From an uncultured Pseudomonadales bacterium (GTDB lineage: Bacteria > Patescibacteriota > Microgenomatia > UBA1400 > PJMF01): a DNA stretch of 64,000 bases. Positions 49,147-58,418 of the stretch are shown piece after piece. Made by a program: the position numbers and the translations under genes. Below the pieces are notes generated by a model, which saw nothing but the letters and a program-made list of their open reading frames with translations, searched no databases and was not told the DNA's origin. Every line of letters begins with the position of its first letter. The stretch's first letter is position 1. Location of the stretch: contig CAYPPX010000001.1 of the NCBI GenBank assembly GCA_964412775.1, positions 65,122 to 129,121 on the forward strand, given 5' to 3'.

Positions 49147-50662
49147 ATGTTGACCAAGTTAAAAGAAAATAAATTTTTAAATTTATTTTTTATATTTTCT
49201 AGTTGTTTTTTTATTTTTAGATATCTCTTATATATTACTAACTCAGTTTTTTATCGATACCAACTTAACTTAGTTGAAAGTTATATTTTAGATCAGGTCA
49301 AAACTTTTCCTAACTTAGTTGGGCTTTATCCAACTGAGTCATCTTTGCTTACAAATTGGTTACCAACAGCTTATCCACCAATCTATGTTGCTTTATTAAG
49401 TATTTTTTATAACTTTTTTGGTCCGGCTTATTGGTATGGGCGACTAATTTCTTTTTTATCTATCATCGGTATTTATTTTATTATTTTAAAGATAGTTTTA
49501 TATAAAAAATATAATGTTTATCTTTCTTTATTTTTAATTTCAATCACTTTGGCTAACCCTTTTTTTATTAATTGGTCAATATTGGCCAGACCTGACTATT
49601 TAGCCTCACTTTTTTACTGGTTGGTAATTTATTTAGTTTTATTTGAATCAAAATTTAGCCTTAAAAAAAATTTGTTGATTTTGGGTTTTTCTTTATTAAC
49701 TATTTTCACTAAACAAACTTATTTACCAATATTACTGTTGACTGTTTCTTCATTTTTAATTTTAGAAAATAAAATAAAACTATTAATTATTTATATAATT
49801 TCACTTTTTACAGGTTTTTTTCTTATAACTTTTATCTTTAACTTTTTTACTCATGGGGGGTACTGGTTTAATATTGTGAGTATCAATGCCTCTATAGCCA
49901 AAGATTTAAGTAATTTTTTTAGTTTTTTTATAAATTTCTTTTCATTTAACTTCTTTTTTCTTATTTTTATAATTTTTTCTTTTTCTATTTTTTATTTTAA
50001 AACTAAGTTTTTAAAAAAAATTAGTTTTATTTTGTTTGCTTCTTTTTTTGCCAATTTTGATGAGTGTTCATATGGGAGCAGATTTTAATTATTTTTTTGA
50101 ATTTATGGTTGCTTTTTCACTTTTTTCTGTAGTAGTAGTTAATGAAAACCTAGTTAAAAATAACTCTAATAAAATCAAGTTTTTGTTTTTGTTGATTTTT
50201 TTACAGGTAATTATCTTTTTTAGGCCAAGTATTTTTCATGGCATCGAATATTTAGAGTATTGCAACCTGAATACCAGAATTTATTTGAGAAAAGTAAAAG
50301 ATCCGTTGTTAGCTACTTTAGAAAAAGTTGTTGTTAGTGAGAAATCAACTAGGGTTTTGGCAGATAGAGCGGCAATTGGTATTTTACCTTTGGTTGGTAA
50401 ATCAGTTGAAATTGATTTTTTTGCAGTTTCAAGACTTTATTTTAAGGGTATTGGGTGGGACAGAGATATTTTGGCTGAAAGTATTACAAATAAAGATTTT
50501 GATTTAATTATTCTTGAGCCGGTACCACCTCAGCCTGACAGTAAAAATCTTAATTTTGAAAAAGAGTATTGGTTTACACCAAGAGAGTATGAAGCTATAA
50601 GCGAAAATTACTATCTTTTTAAAAAAATATTTACTTTTTATATTTTCAAACCCAAAGAATAG
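49147..50662 (+). pseudogene. polytopic GT-C-like membrane glycosyltransferase candidate interrupted by a +1 frame change at a T7 run (ORFs 49147-50088 and 50036-50662)
   Basis: 313-aa multi-TM ORF and 208-aa soluble-domain ORF overlap in different frames across ttttttt at 50044-50050 (A8 run at 50013-50020 nearby); removing one T fuses them into an ArnT/PMT-like N-TM plus C-terminal-domain architecture. Confidence 0.45.
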
Positions 50663-50665
50663 TTT

Positions 50666-50905
50666 TTATGGTTGAACAAAAAACATAAAAGAAAGCATTA
50701 CAGCTAAAGCAAAACCAAAATGAACTAATCCTAATAAAGTTACTTTTCCAGACATTGGTGTAAGCAGAGTTTTTTTCATAATCGAGATCTGTCTGACTAC
50801 CACAAAAGAAAAAATTAAGTAGAAAAAAGACGCTATAATCAGTAAGTATTTAAAGATTATTAAGAGTGAAAAATTATAGTCAAAGTTACTGAAGTTAGTT
50901 ATCAT
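50666..50905 (-). CDS. small membrane protein
   Basis: 79 aa, two TM helices; start overlaps stop of upstream bPH_2 gene. Confidence 0.3.
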   Translation of the reverse strand: MITNFSNFDYNFSLLIIFKYLLIIASFFYLIFSFVVVRQISIMKKTLLTPMSGKVTLLGLVHFGFALAVMLSFMFFVQP

Positions 50906-51663
50906 TAGTTGACTCTCCCTTCGATTTTTTCTCTTTCTTCTTCTAGAATTAGCTCATTTAGAATAGCTGCTACCTTGGCAGGTTGAGGGACATTTTCAAA
51001 CTGAATTTCTGGACTTTCTCCAGCTGTTTGGATGTAAACTGTTCCATAGTCGACGATTGTACCAAGCATGCCTCCAGTTTTTGAACTAATATCTTCAATT
51101 GCATCGATTTTGGCTGAAGAGATGTCTTTAAATAGGAGTGATACAAAGTCAACATCAATAATTCGTTCGTCAGTGATGATAAAAACGCTAAAGAACCAGA
51201 CTAAAAAAGTTTCGAGTGAATAACCCAAAACTAGGGTATACCAGCCTAAAGTCATAGCAAATAGGTAAGATTGAGGGAAGAAACTCTCCATGCCAACAGC
51301 TCCAAACATAATTGGTATAAAAGTGGCAATGATTACACCAATAATTTTTTGTAGCAGAACTACGGGATGTTGTCTCAGTACTAGCACAATTTGTTCACCA
51401 GGCATTTGATTATCAAAACCAATCATGAATGGTTTTGGTAGAAAAGCATTTAAACAGTTATTTTTAGGTTTTTCTTGTCGCAAGATTGTTGAATAGTCAT
51501 CAATAGAACGAACAGTTTTTGCTTTGGAGGAATCTGAATGATTAGAAGGCACTGGTTCTTCCTTTTTAGCCTGTTTTGCTGAGTTAAATATTTCAGGCAT
51601 ATAACTATTATAGTATACCATTTTTAAATCAGGACTATGCATTTTGCAGAAGGTTTGATACAT
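50905..51663 (-). CDS. membrane protein with bacterial PH domain (bPH_2/DUF304, YdbT-like)
   Basis: Two TM helices followed by 'ITDERIIDVDF...KIDAIEDISSKTGGMLGTIVDYGTVYIQTAGE'. Confidence 0.55.
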   Translation of the reverse strand: MYQTFCKMHSPDLKMVYYNSYMPEIFNSAKQAKKEEPVPSNHSDSSKAKTVRSIDDYSTILRQEKPKNNCLNAFLPKPFMIGFDNQMPGEQIVLVLRQHPVVLLQKIIGVIIATFIPIMFGAVGMESFFPQSYLFAMTLGWYTLVLGYSLETFLVWFFSVFIITDERIIDVDFVSLLFKDISSAKIDAIEDISSKTGGMLGTIVDYGTVYIQTAGESPEIQFENVPQPAKVAAILNELILEEEREKIEGRVN

Positions 51664-51670
51664 TCAAGGA

Positions 51671-52501
51671 ATGTCAAAAACAACCACAAAAAAGACCAAA
51701 AAAACTCCAACTCGTACATTAGCAAAGAAAAGCTCTGCTAAAAAGATTACCAAACCAGTTGTTAAACAAACTGCTAAACCAGTAGCCAAGAAAACTCTAT
51801 CAACTCCTAAAGTTTCTCCAAAAATGGCTTCATCTACCATAAATAAATCAATGGTTGGTTCAGTTGCTCAGAAATCAATTAATTATAGTGAAGTATTTAA
51901 AAAGTTTTTTGCCAATCAAAAAAATGTCATTATTTTAGTGGCAGCCTTTTTGTTTTTGGGTTTAGGCTATTTACTCAAAGACGTATTTATTGTTGCGATG
52001 GTTAATGGTAAGCCAATTTATCGTTGGACGGTGGTTCAAAGATTGGAAGAACAAGGTGGTAGGCAAATTTTAGATTCGATTGTGGCAGAAACTTTGGTAA
52101 AACAAGCAATCAAAGATGCTGGCATCAAAATTGAACAGGCAGAAATTGATGCTGCCATTAAAGAGATTGAAGATAGAATTGCTGCTCAAGGTCTGTCTTT
52201 AGATCAAGCCTTAGCGGAACAAAACATGACTAAAGATGATTTGGTGGAAGACATTGTTTTGCAAAAAAGTGCTGAAAAAATTGTAGCTGATAAAATTACT
52301 GTGACAGATGAAGAGGTAATGGCTTATATGGAAGAAAATCAAGATTTTTTCCCAGAAGACTCTGACTTAGAATCAATGAAAACTTTAGTTAGAACTCAAC
52401 TTGAATCTACTAAGGTTAATACTGAAATTCAAACTTGGGTTCAGTCTCTTCAAGATAATGCTAAGATTATTTACCTAAAAGAATATAGTTTAGCTTTATA
52501 G
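51671..52501 (+). CDS. SurA-N/PrsA-like chaperone domain protein with Lys-rich N-terminal tail
   Basis: K/T-rich 60-aa N-terminus, TM, then SurA N-terminal-like helical domain; no PPIase core motif seen. Confidence 0.4.
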   Translation: MSKTTTKKTKKTPTRTLAKKSSAKKITKPVVKQTAKPVAKKTLSTPKVSPKMASSTINKSMVGSVAQKSINYSEVFKKFFANQKNVIILVAAFLFLGLGYLLKDVFIVAMVNGKPIYRWTVVQRLEEQGGRQILDSIVAETLVKQAIKDAGIKIEQAEIDAAIKEIEDRIAAQGLSLDQALAEQNMTKDDLVEDIVLQKSAEKIVADKITVTDEEVMAYMEENQDFFPEDSDLESMKTLVRTQLESTKVNTEIQTWVQSLQDNAKIIYLKEYSLAL

Positions 52502-52520
52502 TTGCCCTAAAGATTTAGAA

Positions 52521-52556
52521 AAATAAAAAAAGCTCCTCTTCATGAGGAGCTTTTTG
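52521..52556. terminator. bidirectional intrinsic terminator between convergent genes
   Basis: aaaaaaa-agctcctc-ttcat-gaggagct-ttttt: perfect 8-bp stem with A-tract and T-tract on either side. Confidence 0.7.
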
Positions 52557-52558
52557 GT

Positions 52559-54352
52559 TTAAGTTTTTAAAACTGCCAAGAATGTTTCTTGGTTTAACTC
52601 AACTTTACCAATTGATTTCATTTTTTTCTTACCTTTGCTTTGCTTTCGCAATAGCTTCATTCTACGAGTAACATCACCCCCATAAAGTTTAGCAGTTACA
52701 TCTTTGCGATAAGCTTTAATGGTTTCACGAGCAATAATTTTTCCACCAATCGCTGCTTGAATTGGTACTTCAAACATTTGGCGAGGGACAACTTCCTTAA
52801 GTTTACTGACTAAATCTCGACCTTTTTGTTCGGCTTTTTCTTTAACAGTAATAAAACTTAAAGCTTCAATTGGTTCTTTATTAATCATAATGTCCACCTT
52901 CAGAGCATTGATTGGTTGGTAGCCAGCCAATTCATACTCGAGTGAAGCAAACCCAGAAGTAGCTGATTTTAGTAAATCATGAAAATCAGTAATCAGTTCT
53001 GCCAAAGGAATAGTGTACTCAAGTCTGACTCTAGTGCCAGTGCCGATAGTATTATTTAGCACACCTCTTTTTTCTCTGGTGAGTTTGTAAACAGTGCCGA
53101 CATATTCTTCAGGGGTAAAAATCATGGCTTTAACGATTGGTTCTTCAATAGTTTGAATATTGCTTGGGTCGGGAAACTCAGCAGGAGTATTAACAATAGT
53201 TTGCTCGTTTTGTTTATTAGTGATCAAGTAACTAACAGATGGAGCTGTCGCAATTAAATCTAAATCAAATTCTCTAGAAAGTCTTTCTCGAACAATTTCA
53301 GCATGAAAAATGCCCAAGAAACCGACCCTTAGTCCGTTGCCTAAAGCTGTTGAGTGGGTGGGTTTACTCTGGAGAGCAGAGTCGTGAAGGGAAAGTTTTT
53401 CAAAAGCATCTTTTAGAGCCGGAAAATCATCAGCGTCGATCGGGTAAAGTTCCATAAACACCATTGGGGTTGGTTCTTTATAGCCAGGTAATTTTTCGAC
53501 TTTAGTTTTATCTTGTTGAAGGGTAAGCGTATCACCAACTTTAACATGAGAAATATCTTTTAGGCCTGTAGCGACAAAACCAACTTCTCCAGCAGACAGT
53601 TGATCTTTATTAACTCTTTCTGGTTTAAATACGCCTAGACTGATTGGTTGAAATAAACTTTCTGTTGAAAGTAAATACATTGGTGCTTTAGTTAGCACGC
53701 CATCAATCACTCTTAGATAGGCAATGACCCCTTGGTGGCTATCGAACAAGGAAGTGACAATCATGGCTTTGGCTGGTTTAGTCAAATCACCAGTTGGAGC
53801 AGGAATTTTTTCTACAATTGCTCTTAAAACTTCATCAATACCCAGGTTGTTTTTGGCTGAGGTTTTGTAAATATCTTCTTCATTAACACCCAGTAATTCC
53901 ATGATTTCTAAAGTTACTTGGTCAATATCAGCCGAAGGTAAGTCAATTTTGTTGATGACAGGAATGATTTTTAAGCCAAGATTAGTTGCTTTTTCAAAGT
54001 TAGCCAAGGTTTGAGCTTGAACACCTTGAGTAGCGTCAATTAACAATAACGCTCCTTCACAAGCAGCCAAAGAACGACTGACTTCATAACCGAAATCAAC
54101 ATGACCTGGTGTATCAATTAAATTGAGTTGGTAATTTTGCCCATTTAATTCATAGTCCATGCGAACTGGAGCTAGTTTAATGGTGACGCCTTTTTCTTGC
54201 TCAATGGGGTTGGAGTCCATGACTCTTTGTCTAGTTTCATTGGCTGAAATAGTATGAGTTGCTTTCAAAAAGGCATCAGTCAAAGTAGTTTTACCATGAT
54301 CGATATGAGCAATGATTGAAAAATTTCTGATGTGAGCAAGCTGATTTACCAT
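52559..54352 (-). CDS. lepA: elongation factor 4 (LepA)
   Basis: 'IRNFSIIAHIDHGKTTL', 'DTPGHVDF', LepA-specific C-terminal domain 'YGGDVTRRMKLLRKQSKGKKKMKSIGKVELNQETFLAVL'; 597 aa. Confidence 0.9.
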   Translation of the reverse strand: MVNQLAHIRNFSIIAHIDHGKTTLTDAFLKATHTISANETRQRVMDSNPIEQEKGVTIKLAPVRMDYELNGQNYQLNLIDTPGHVDFGYEVSRSLAACEGALLLIDATQGVQAQTLANFEKATNLGLKIIPVINKIDLPSADIDQVTLEIMELLGVNEEDIYKTSAKNNLGIDEVLRAIVEKIPAPTGDLTKPAKAMIVTSLFDSHQGVIAYLRVIDGVLTKAPMYLLSTESLFQPISLGVFKPERVNKDQLSAGEVGFVATGLKDISHVKVGDTLTLQQDKTKVEKLPGYKEPTPMVFMELYPIDADDFPALKDAFEKLSLHDSALQSKPTHSTALGNGLRVGFLGIFHAEIVRERLSREFDLDLIATAPSVSYLITNKQNEQTIVNTPAEFPDPSNIQTIEEPIVKAMIFTPEEYVGTVYKLTREKRGVLNNTIGTGTRVRLEYTIPLAELITDFHDLLKSATSGFASLEYELAGYQPINALKVDIMINKEPIEALSFITVKEKAEQKGRDLVSKLKEVVPRQMFEVPIQAAIGGKIIARETIKAYRKDVTAKLYGGDVTRRMKLLRKQSKGKKKMKSIGKVELNQETFLAVLKT

Positions 54353-54440
54353 TTTTTACCATTAACTAATAAATTGATATATCAAAATATTATCAACTTA
54401 TTGATAAAATAAATTTTACACAATTAAACTGAGCTAAAGT

Positions 54441-54749
54441 TTATTTTTTAGCTGTTTTTTTTGTGGTTTTTTTCTTAGCAGGGGAAGCTTTTTTAGCTGT
54501 TTTTTCTAATTTAGCTGGTTTAACTAATTTAGAAAGTTGAGCTTTCAAACGAGCTGCTTTATTGCCGTGCATAGTATTCTTTTTGACGGCTTTATCGATA
54601 GCTGAAAAAGCACCAGCTAGGAGTTCCATAGTTGGGGTCTTTTTCACTTTATCAACAGCATTCTTTGTTTTTGATTTAGTAACTCTGTTTTGAGTGGTTT
54701 TTTTCTTACTCACTCTTAAAGCTTTTTTTGCATTAGATAAGATTGGCAT
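54441..54749 (-). CDS. rpsT: 30S ribosomal protein S20 with Lys-rich C-terminal extension
   Basis: 'NAKKALRVSKKKTTQNRVTKSKTKNAVDKVKK...HGNKAARLKAQLSKL' S20-like; about 20-aa extra K-rich tail. Confidence 0.7.
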   Translation of the reverse strand: MPILSNAKKALRVSKKKTTQNRVTKSKTKNAVDKVKKTPTMELLAGAFSAIDKAVKKNTMHGNKAARLKAQLSKLVKPAKLEKTAKKASPAKKKTTKKTAKK

Positions 54750-54906
54750 AGATCGAGAATTATACAGTGTATATCTAGATTTATCAATGGATGTTTCTCA
54801 AGAAGTATTTTGAGTGAATTCTGTTGTTATTTTATTGAGTTTTAATAAGAAAGATAATAATAGGACCCTTTTATTTAAGGAGAGAAACTTTATAATCAAG
54901 GTTAGT

Positions 54907-56595
54907 ATGTTTTTAAGGTTGTCAAAGTTTTTTAGTCAAAATACTAAGTGGTTGGAAAAACAACAAACCTCGATTTTATCGGCTGCTTTTATCATTACCT
55001 TGGCTAATATTGCTTCATCGCTGGCTGGGTTGGTTAGAGAAAGACTGCTGATTTCTTCATTTTTTGATTCGGCAGTTTCCCAACAAGCTTATGAAGCTTT
55101 CCAAATTGCTTTCCAAATTCCAGATATGCTGTTTCAGTTAATTGTTTTAGGTGCCGTCTCGGCTTCTTTTATTCCTCTTTTTACTGATCTTAGAAAACAA
55201 AATGAGCAGAAAGCTTTTAACTTTACTTCATCGGTGATGAATTTACTGGTTTTGATTTTTTTGGTGGTGGCAATAGTGGTGGGATTTTTTGCTGACCCTT
55301 TGACTAGATGGAGGACTGGGACTGAGTTTACTAGTCACCAGGTAGAAATTGCAGTTAACTTGACTAGACTAATGTTATTTAGTCAATTATTTTTTGCTAT
55401 TTCAAACTTTTTAACTGGTATGTTGCAGTCCTATCAACGTTTTATCGTGGCGGCAGTTGCTCCAGTTTTTTATAACTTTGGCATTATTCTGGGAGTGTTC
55501 TTATTTAAAAACATGTTTGGTATTTACTCAGCTGGTTTGGGGGTGATTATTGGCGCCTTTTTACACATGTTGGTCCAGTTGCCATCAGTCAAAAACCTGG
55601 GTTTTAAACACAGCCTAAGAATTGATCTCAAAGATTGGTCGGTGCGTCGATTATTTAGATTAATGCCGCCAAGAGTGATGGCTTTGGGTATTTCTGAGCT
55701 ACAGAATTTGGGTTTAGGTTTTTTTGCGACGACAATTGGCAGCTTAAGTTTTGTGGTGATTCGATTGGGCTTGAGGTTAATGACAATTCCAATTCGATTA
55801 TTCGGTGTGCCGATTAGTCAGGCTTCTTTGCCATTTTTTTCTCAGGAAACTGAGGAAGAAGAGCGCAAGCGTTTTTCTTCTTTGGTCATTCAATCACTTC
55901 ACCAAATTTCTTTTTTTGCATTGCCAGCTTCTGTTTTACTCTTGATTCTTCGTATCCCAATTGTGCGTTTGGTCTTTGGTGCAGATAATTTTCCTTGGAA
56001 AACTACTGTTTTGACTGGTAAAGTGGTGGCAATTTTAGCTTTATCTGTAGCGGCTCAAGCAATGGTGCAGTTATTGGTAAGAGCTTTTTATGCCTTAAAA
56101 AACACCAAAACTCCTTTTTTTATAACTTCGGTTACAGTGTTAGTTTACTTTATCATTAGTTTGGTTTTTGTTTATGCCACTGATTTGGGAGTTTTAGGTT
56201 TGGCTTGGGCAACCACGATCAGCGCTTACTTGGAGTTGATTCTGTTTATTGTTTTTTTACAACCCAGAGCCAAGTGTTTTACTGGTTCAGATTTTTGGTT
56301 GCCGCAAATTAAAATGATTGTGTCAAGTTTTTTGATGGCAGTTTTTCTATATTTGCCTTTTAGAATTTTGGATGAAGTTGTTTTTGATACCTCAAGAACT
56401 CTAGAACTAATTGCTTTAACTTTTTCAACTGGGACGATTGGGATGCTAGTTTATATTTATTTCTCTTATTTATTTGATGTTAAAGAATTGAAGTACTTTT
56501 CAAGGGTTTTTTCGATTGTTAATAAGTGGAAAGATTTATTGGCTAATACTAAAGAAATTTTGGTTGATACTAAAGTTGAAAGCAATGAAGTTTAA
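54907..56595 (+). CDS. murJ: lipid II flippase MurJ (MviN)
   Basis: 'GLVRERLLISSFFDSAVSQQAYEAFQIAFQIPDMLFQLIVLGAVSASFIPLF' N-terminal signature, 14 TM; ATG at 54907 preferred over GTG at 54814. Confidence 0.8.
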   Translation: MFLRLSKFFSQNTKWLEKQQTSILSAAFIITLANIASSLAGLVRERLLISSFFDSAVSQQAYEAFQIAFQIPDMLFQLIVLGAVSASFIPLFTDLRKQNEQKAFNFTSSVMNLLVLIFLVVAIVVGFFADPLTRWRTGTEFTSHQVEIAVNLTRLMLFSQLFFAISNFLTGMLQSYQRFIVAAVAPVFYNFGIILGVFLFKNMFGIYSAGLGVIIGAFLHMLVQLPSVKNLGFKHSLRIDLKDWSVRRLFRLMPPRVMALGISELQNLGLGFFATTIGSLSFVVIRLGLRLMTIPIRLFGVPISQASLPFFSQETEEEERKRFSSLVIQSLHQISFFALPASVLLLILRIPIVRLVFGADNFPWKTTVLTGKVVAILALSVAAQAMVQLLVRAFYALKNTKTPFFITSVTVLVYFIISLVFVYATDLGVLGLAWATTISAYLELILFIVFLQPRAKCFTGSDFWLPQIKMIVSSFLMAVFLYLPFRILDEVVFDTSRTLELIALTFSTGTIGMLVYIYFSYLFDVKELKYFSRVFSIVNKWKDLLANTKEILVDTKVESNEV

Positions 56596-56664
56596 CTGGA
56601 TAGCTTCTTTTTTTTCTTGTTACCTAGCTATAAACAGCTTACAATGTAGATAAGACCTGCCTCT

Positions 56665-57270
56665 ATGCCAGAAACTAAAGTAGCAACTATTGATATTAAT
56701 TTGGTGCCTAAAGATCCATTTTTTGAGACTTTATTGGGGCGAAGTTTGAAGTGGGCTCTTTCTGCTGGGCGTTATATTGTGATGTTTACCGAGTTGATTG
56801 TGGTTTTAAGTTTTGTAACCAGATTCTATCTTGATCGGCAAATTACTGATTTAAACCGAAGCCTTTTTCAAAAAGAATCAGTAATTAGATCTTATGGGGA
56901 TTTCGAAGATGAAATTAGAGGGATTCAGGAAAGGTTGTCTCAGTACGATCAAATTGAACAAGAAGACAATATTGCTGATACTTTTCCTTTGTTGGCTGAG
57001 GTGATTCCTAGTGGGATTAAGCTTGATGAATTGGTGATTTATCCAGACAGGGTAGCTTTGAAAGGTACGGTTTTGTCTCAAAAATCATTGAATATTTTGA
57101 TTAATAATTTACAGATTTCACCTGATTTTAGTAACGTAGTAGTCAGTACAATTGAGTCTGAAGGTTTGAGTAATTCTGGTTTTTTATTTCAGTTAACGGC
57201 TCAAACTCAGGATACAACTAAAGCTACACCTAAAACGCCAACTCAAGTGCCAGCTAAGACTAATAATTAA
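56665..57270 (+). CDS. PilN-like type IV pilus assembly protein
   Basis: N-terminal 'IDINLVP' (PilN INLLP motif), single TM, periplasmic domain; 201 aa. Confidence 0.5.
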   Translation: MPETKVATIDINLVPKDPFFETLLGRSLKWALSAGRYIVMFTELIVVLSFVTRFYLDRQITDLNRSLFQKESVIRSYGDFEDEIRGIQERLSQYDQIEQEDNIADTFPLLAEVIPSGIKLDELVIYPDRVALKGTVLSQKSLNILINNLQISPDFSNVVVSTIESEGLSNSGFLFQLTAQTQDTTKATPKTPTQVPAKTNN

Positions 57271-57282
57271 TTTTGGGAAAAA

Positions 57283-57903
57283 ATGGTACAAAGCGAAACA
57301 AGAAAAGACCAAGTTAACAAGCTGTTAGATAGTTTTTATCACAACCCAATTGCAGTTGTTTCTTTTGAGTTATTTTTATCTATTAGTGTGGTGATTTTCT
57401 TTGCTGTGTTTGCGATTAGGCCAACCTTGTTAACAATGGCTGACTTGGTTAAAGAGATTGAAGATAAAAGAAAGCTAGATACTCAGTTAGCTCAAAAAGT
57501 TGCCGCTTTGGGAACAGCTCAAGCTCAATACTTAGCCGTTAGCAATCGAATTTTTGTTTTAGAAGAAGCTTTACCCAATGGGGGCGATGTTGTGAATACC
57601 TTAAAAATTATTGAGCGGGTGGCGAGTGACCAAGATTTAGTTATTAATAACATGACTTTATTGGAAATACCTGAAAATCCAGATCCAACTAAAACAATTG
57701 CTGAACTAGAAAGAAAGGCTATGCCAATTCAACTGACTGTAATTGGTCCATATAGTGCGATTAGAAGTTTTGTGGAGGGTCTAAGAAACTCCAGAAGAAC
57801 TTTTATTATTGAAAGAATTACTTTTTCCACTGAAGATAATCGTGGCCAGAAATCACTGGAAGCAACCATGTTGATTTCAGCGCCTTATTTTGGAGAAAAA
57901 TAA
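57283..57903 (+). CDS. PilO-like type IV pilus assembly protein
   Basis: TM, coiled-coil (EIEDKRKLDTQLAQKVAALGTAQAQ), C-terminal alpha/beta domain; immediately follows PilN-like gene. Confidence 0.45.
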   Translation: MVQSETRKDQVNKLLDSFYHNPIAVVSFELFLSISVVIFFAVFAIRPTLLTMADLVKEIEDKRKLDTQLAQKVAALGTAQAQYLAVSNRIFVLEEALPNGGDVVNTLKIIERVASDQDLVINNMTLLEIPENPDPTKTIAELERKAMPIQLTVIGPYSAIRSFVEGLRNSRRTFIIERITFSTEDNRGQKSLEATMLISAPYFGEK

Positions 57904-58286
57904 TGACTCAAAACGGTTTATTACAAGATCAGCTTAAGGGTTTAAAAAAACGAAAAGAGATTTTGGTAATTTTGATTTTTCTTTTTGTTATTGTGATTTT
58001 TTGGATTGGATTAAGTTTGTTTAGTTCTCAAGAAAAACTGGGTATTACTCCAGAACAAAAGAAAATGTCTCAGCCATTAACCCCAAATCTTAATGTTGCC
58101 ACATTAGAGAAGTTGGAACAAAAAAAGAAATACTCAGAGTTTGAGTTAAAAAACTTTCCAGTTTACTCACTTTTCCAAAATGGTGGGGTGTTAGAAGTGG
58201 TTGATGTTAGTCAAGGTTTACCAGAGGATTTAAAGGAAGTTGAGTTGTCAGACCCTGAGAATGAAGCGACTAGTTCTAGTTTTTAA
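57903..58286 (+). CDS. small membrane-anchored protein (possible PilP-like)
   Basis: 127 aa, N-terminal TM, ATGA overlap with PilO-like gene. Confidence 0.3.
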   Translation: MTQNGLLQDQLKGLKKRKEILVILIFLFVIVIFWIGLSLFSSQEKLGITPEQKKMSQPLTPNLNVATLEKLEQKKKYSEFELKNFPVYSLFQNGGVLEVVDVSQGLPEDLKEVELSDPENEATSSSF

Positions 58287-58418
58287 ACAGCCAAATGATT
58301 TAGCTTTGTGACCAAAATAAAATCAACTTATTTATCCAGGCTTAATATTGAATTAGTTTCATGTTTTTTTCGCCTTGTAGTTTTGTATTAATTTCTCTAG
58401 AGTATTAGAAGGAGTCTT

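Noticed and set aside
54814-54906. Upstream GTG start (54814) extending MurJ by 31 aa
   Set aside because: The extension (MNSVVILLSFNKKDNNRTLLFKERNFIIKVS) is not typical of MurJ N-termini. The ATG at 54907 gives the canonical start immediately before TM1, so 54907 is preferred, though it is not certain.
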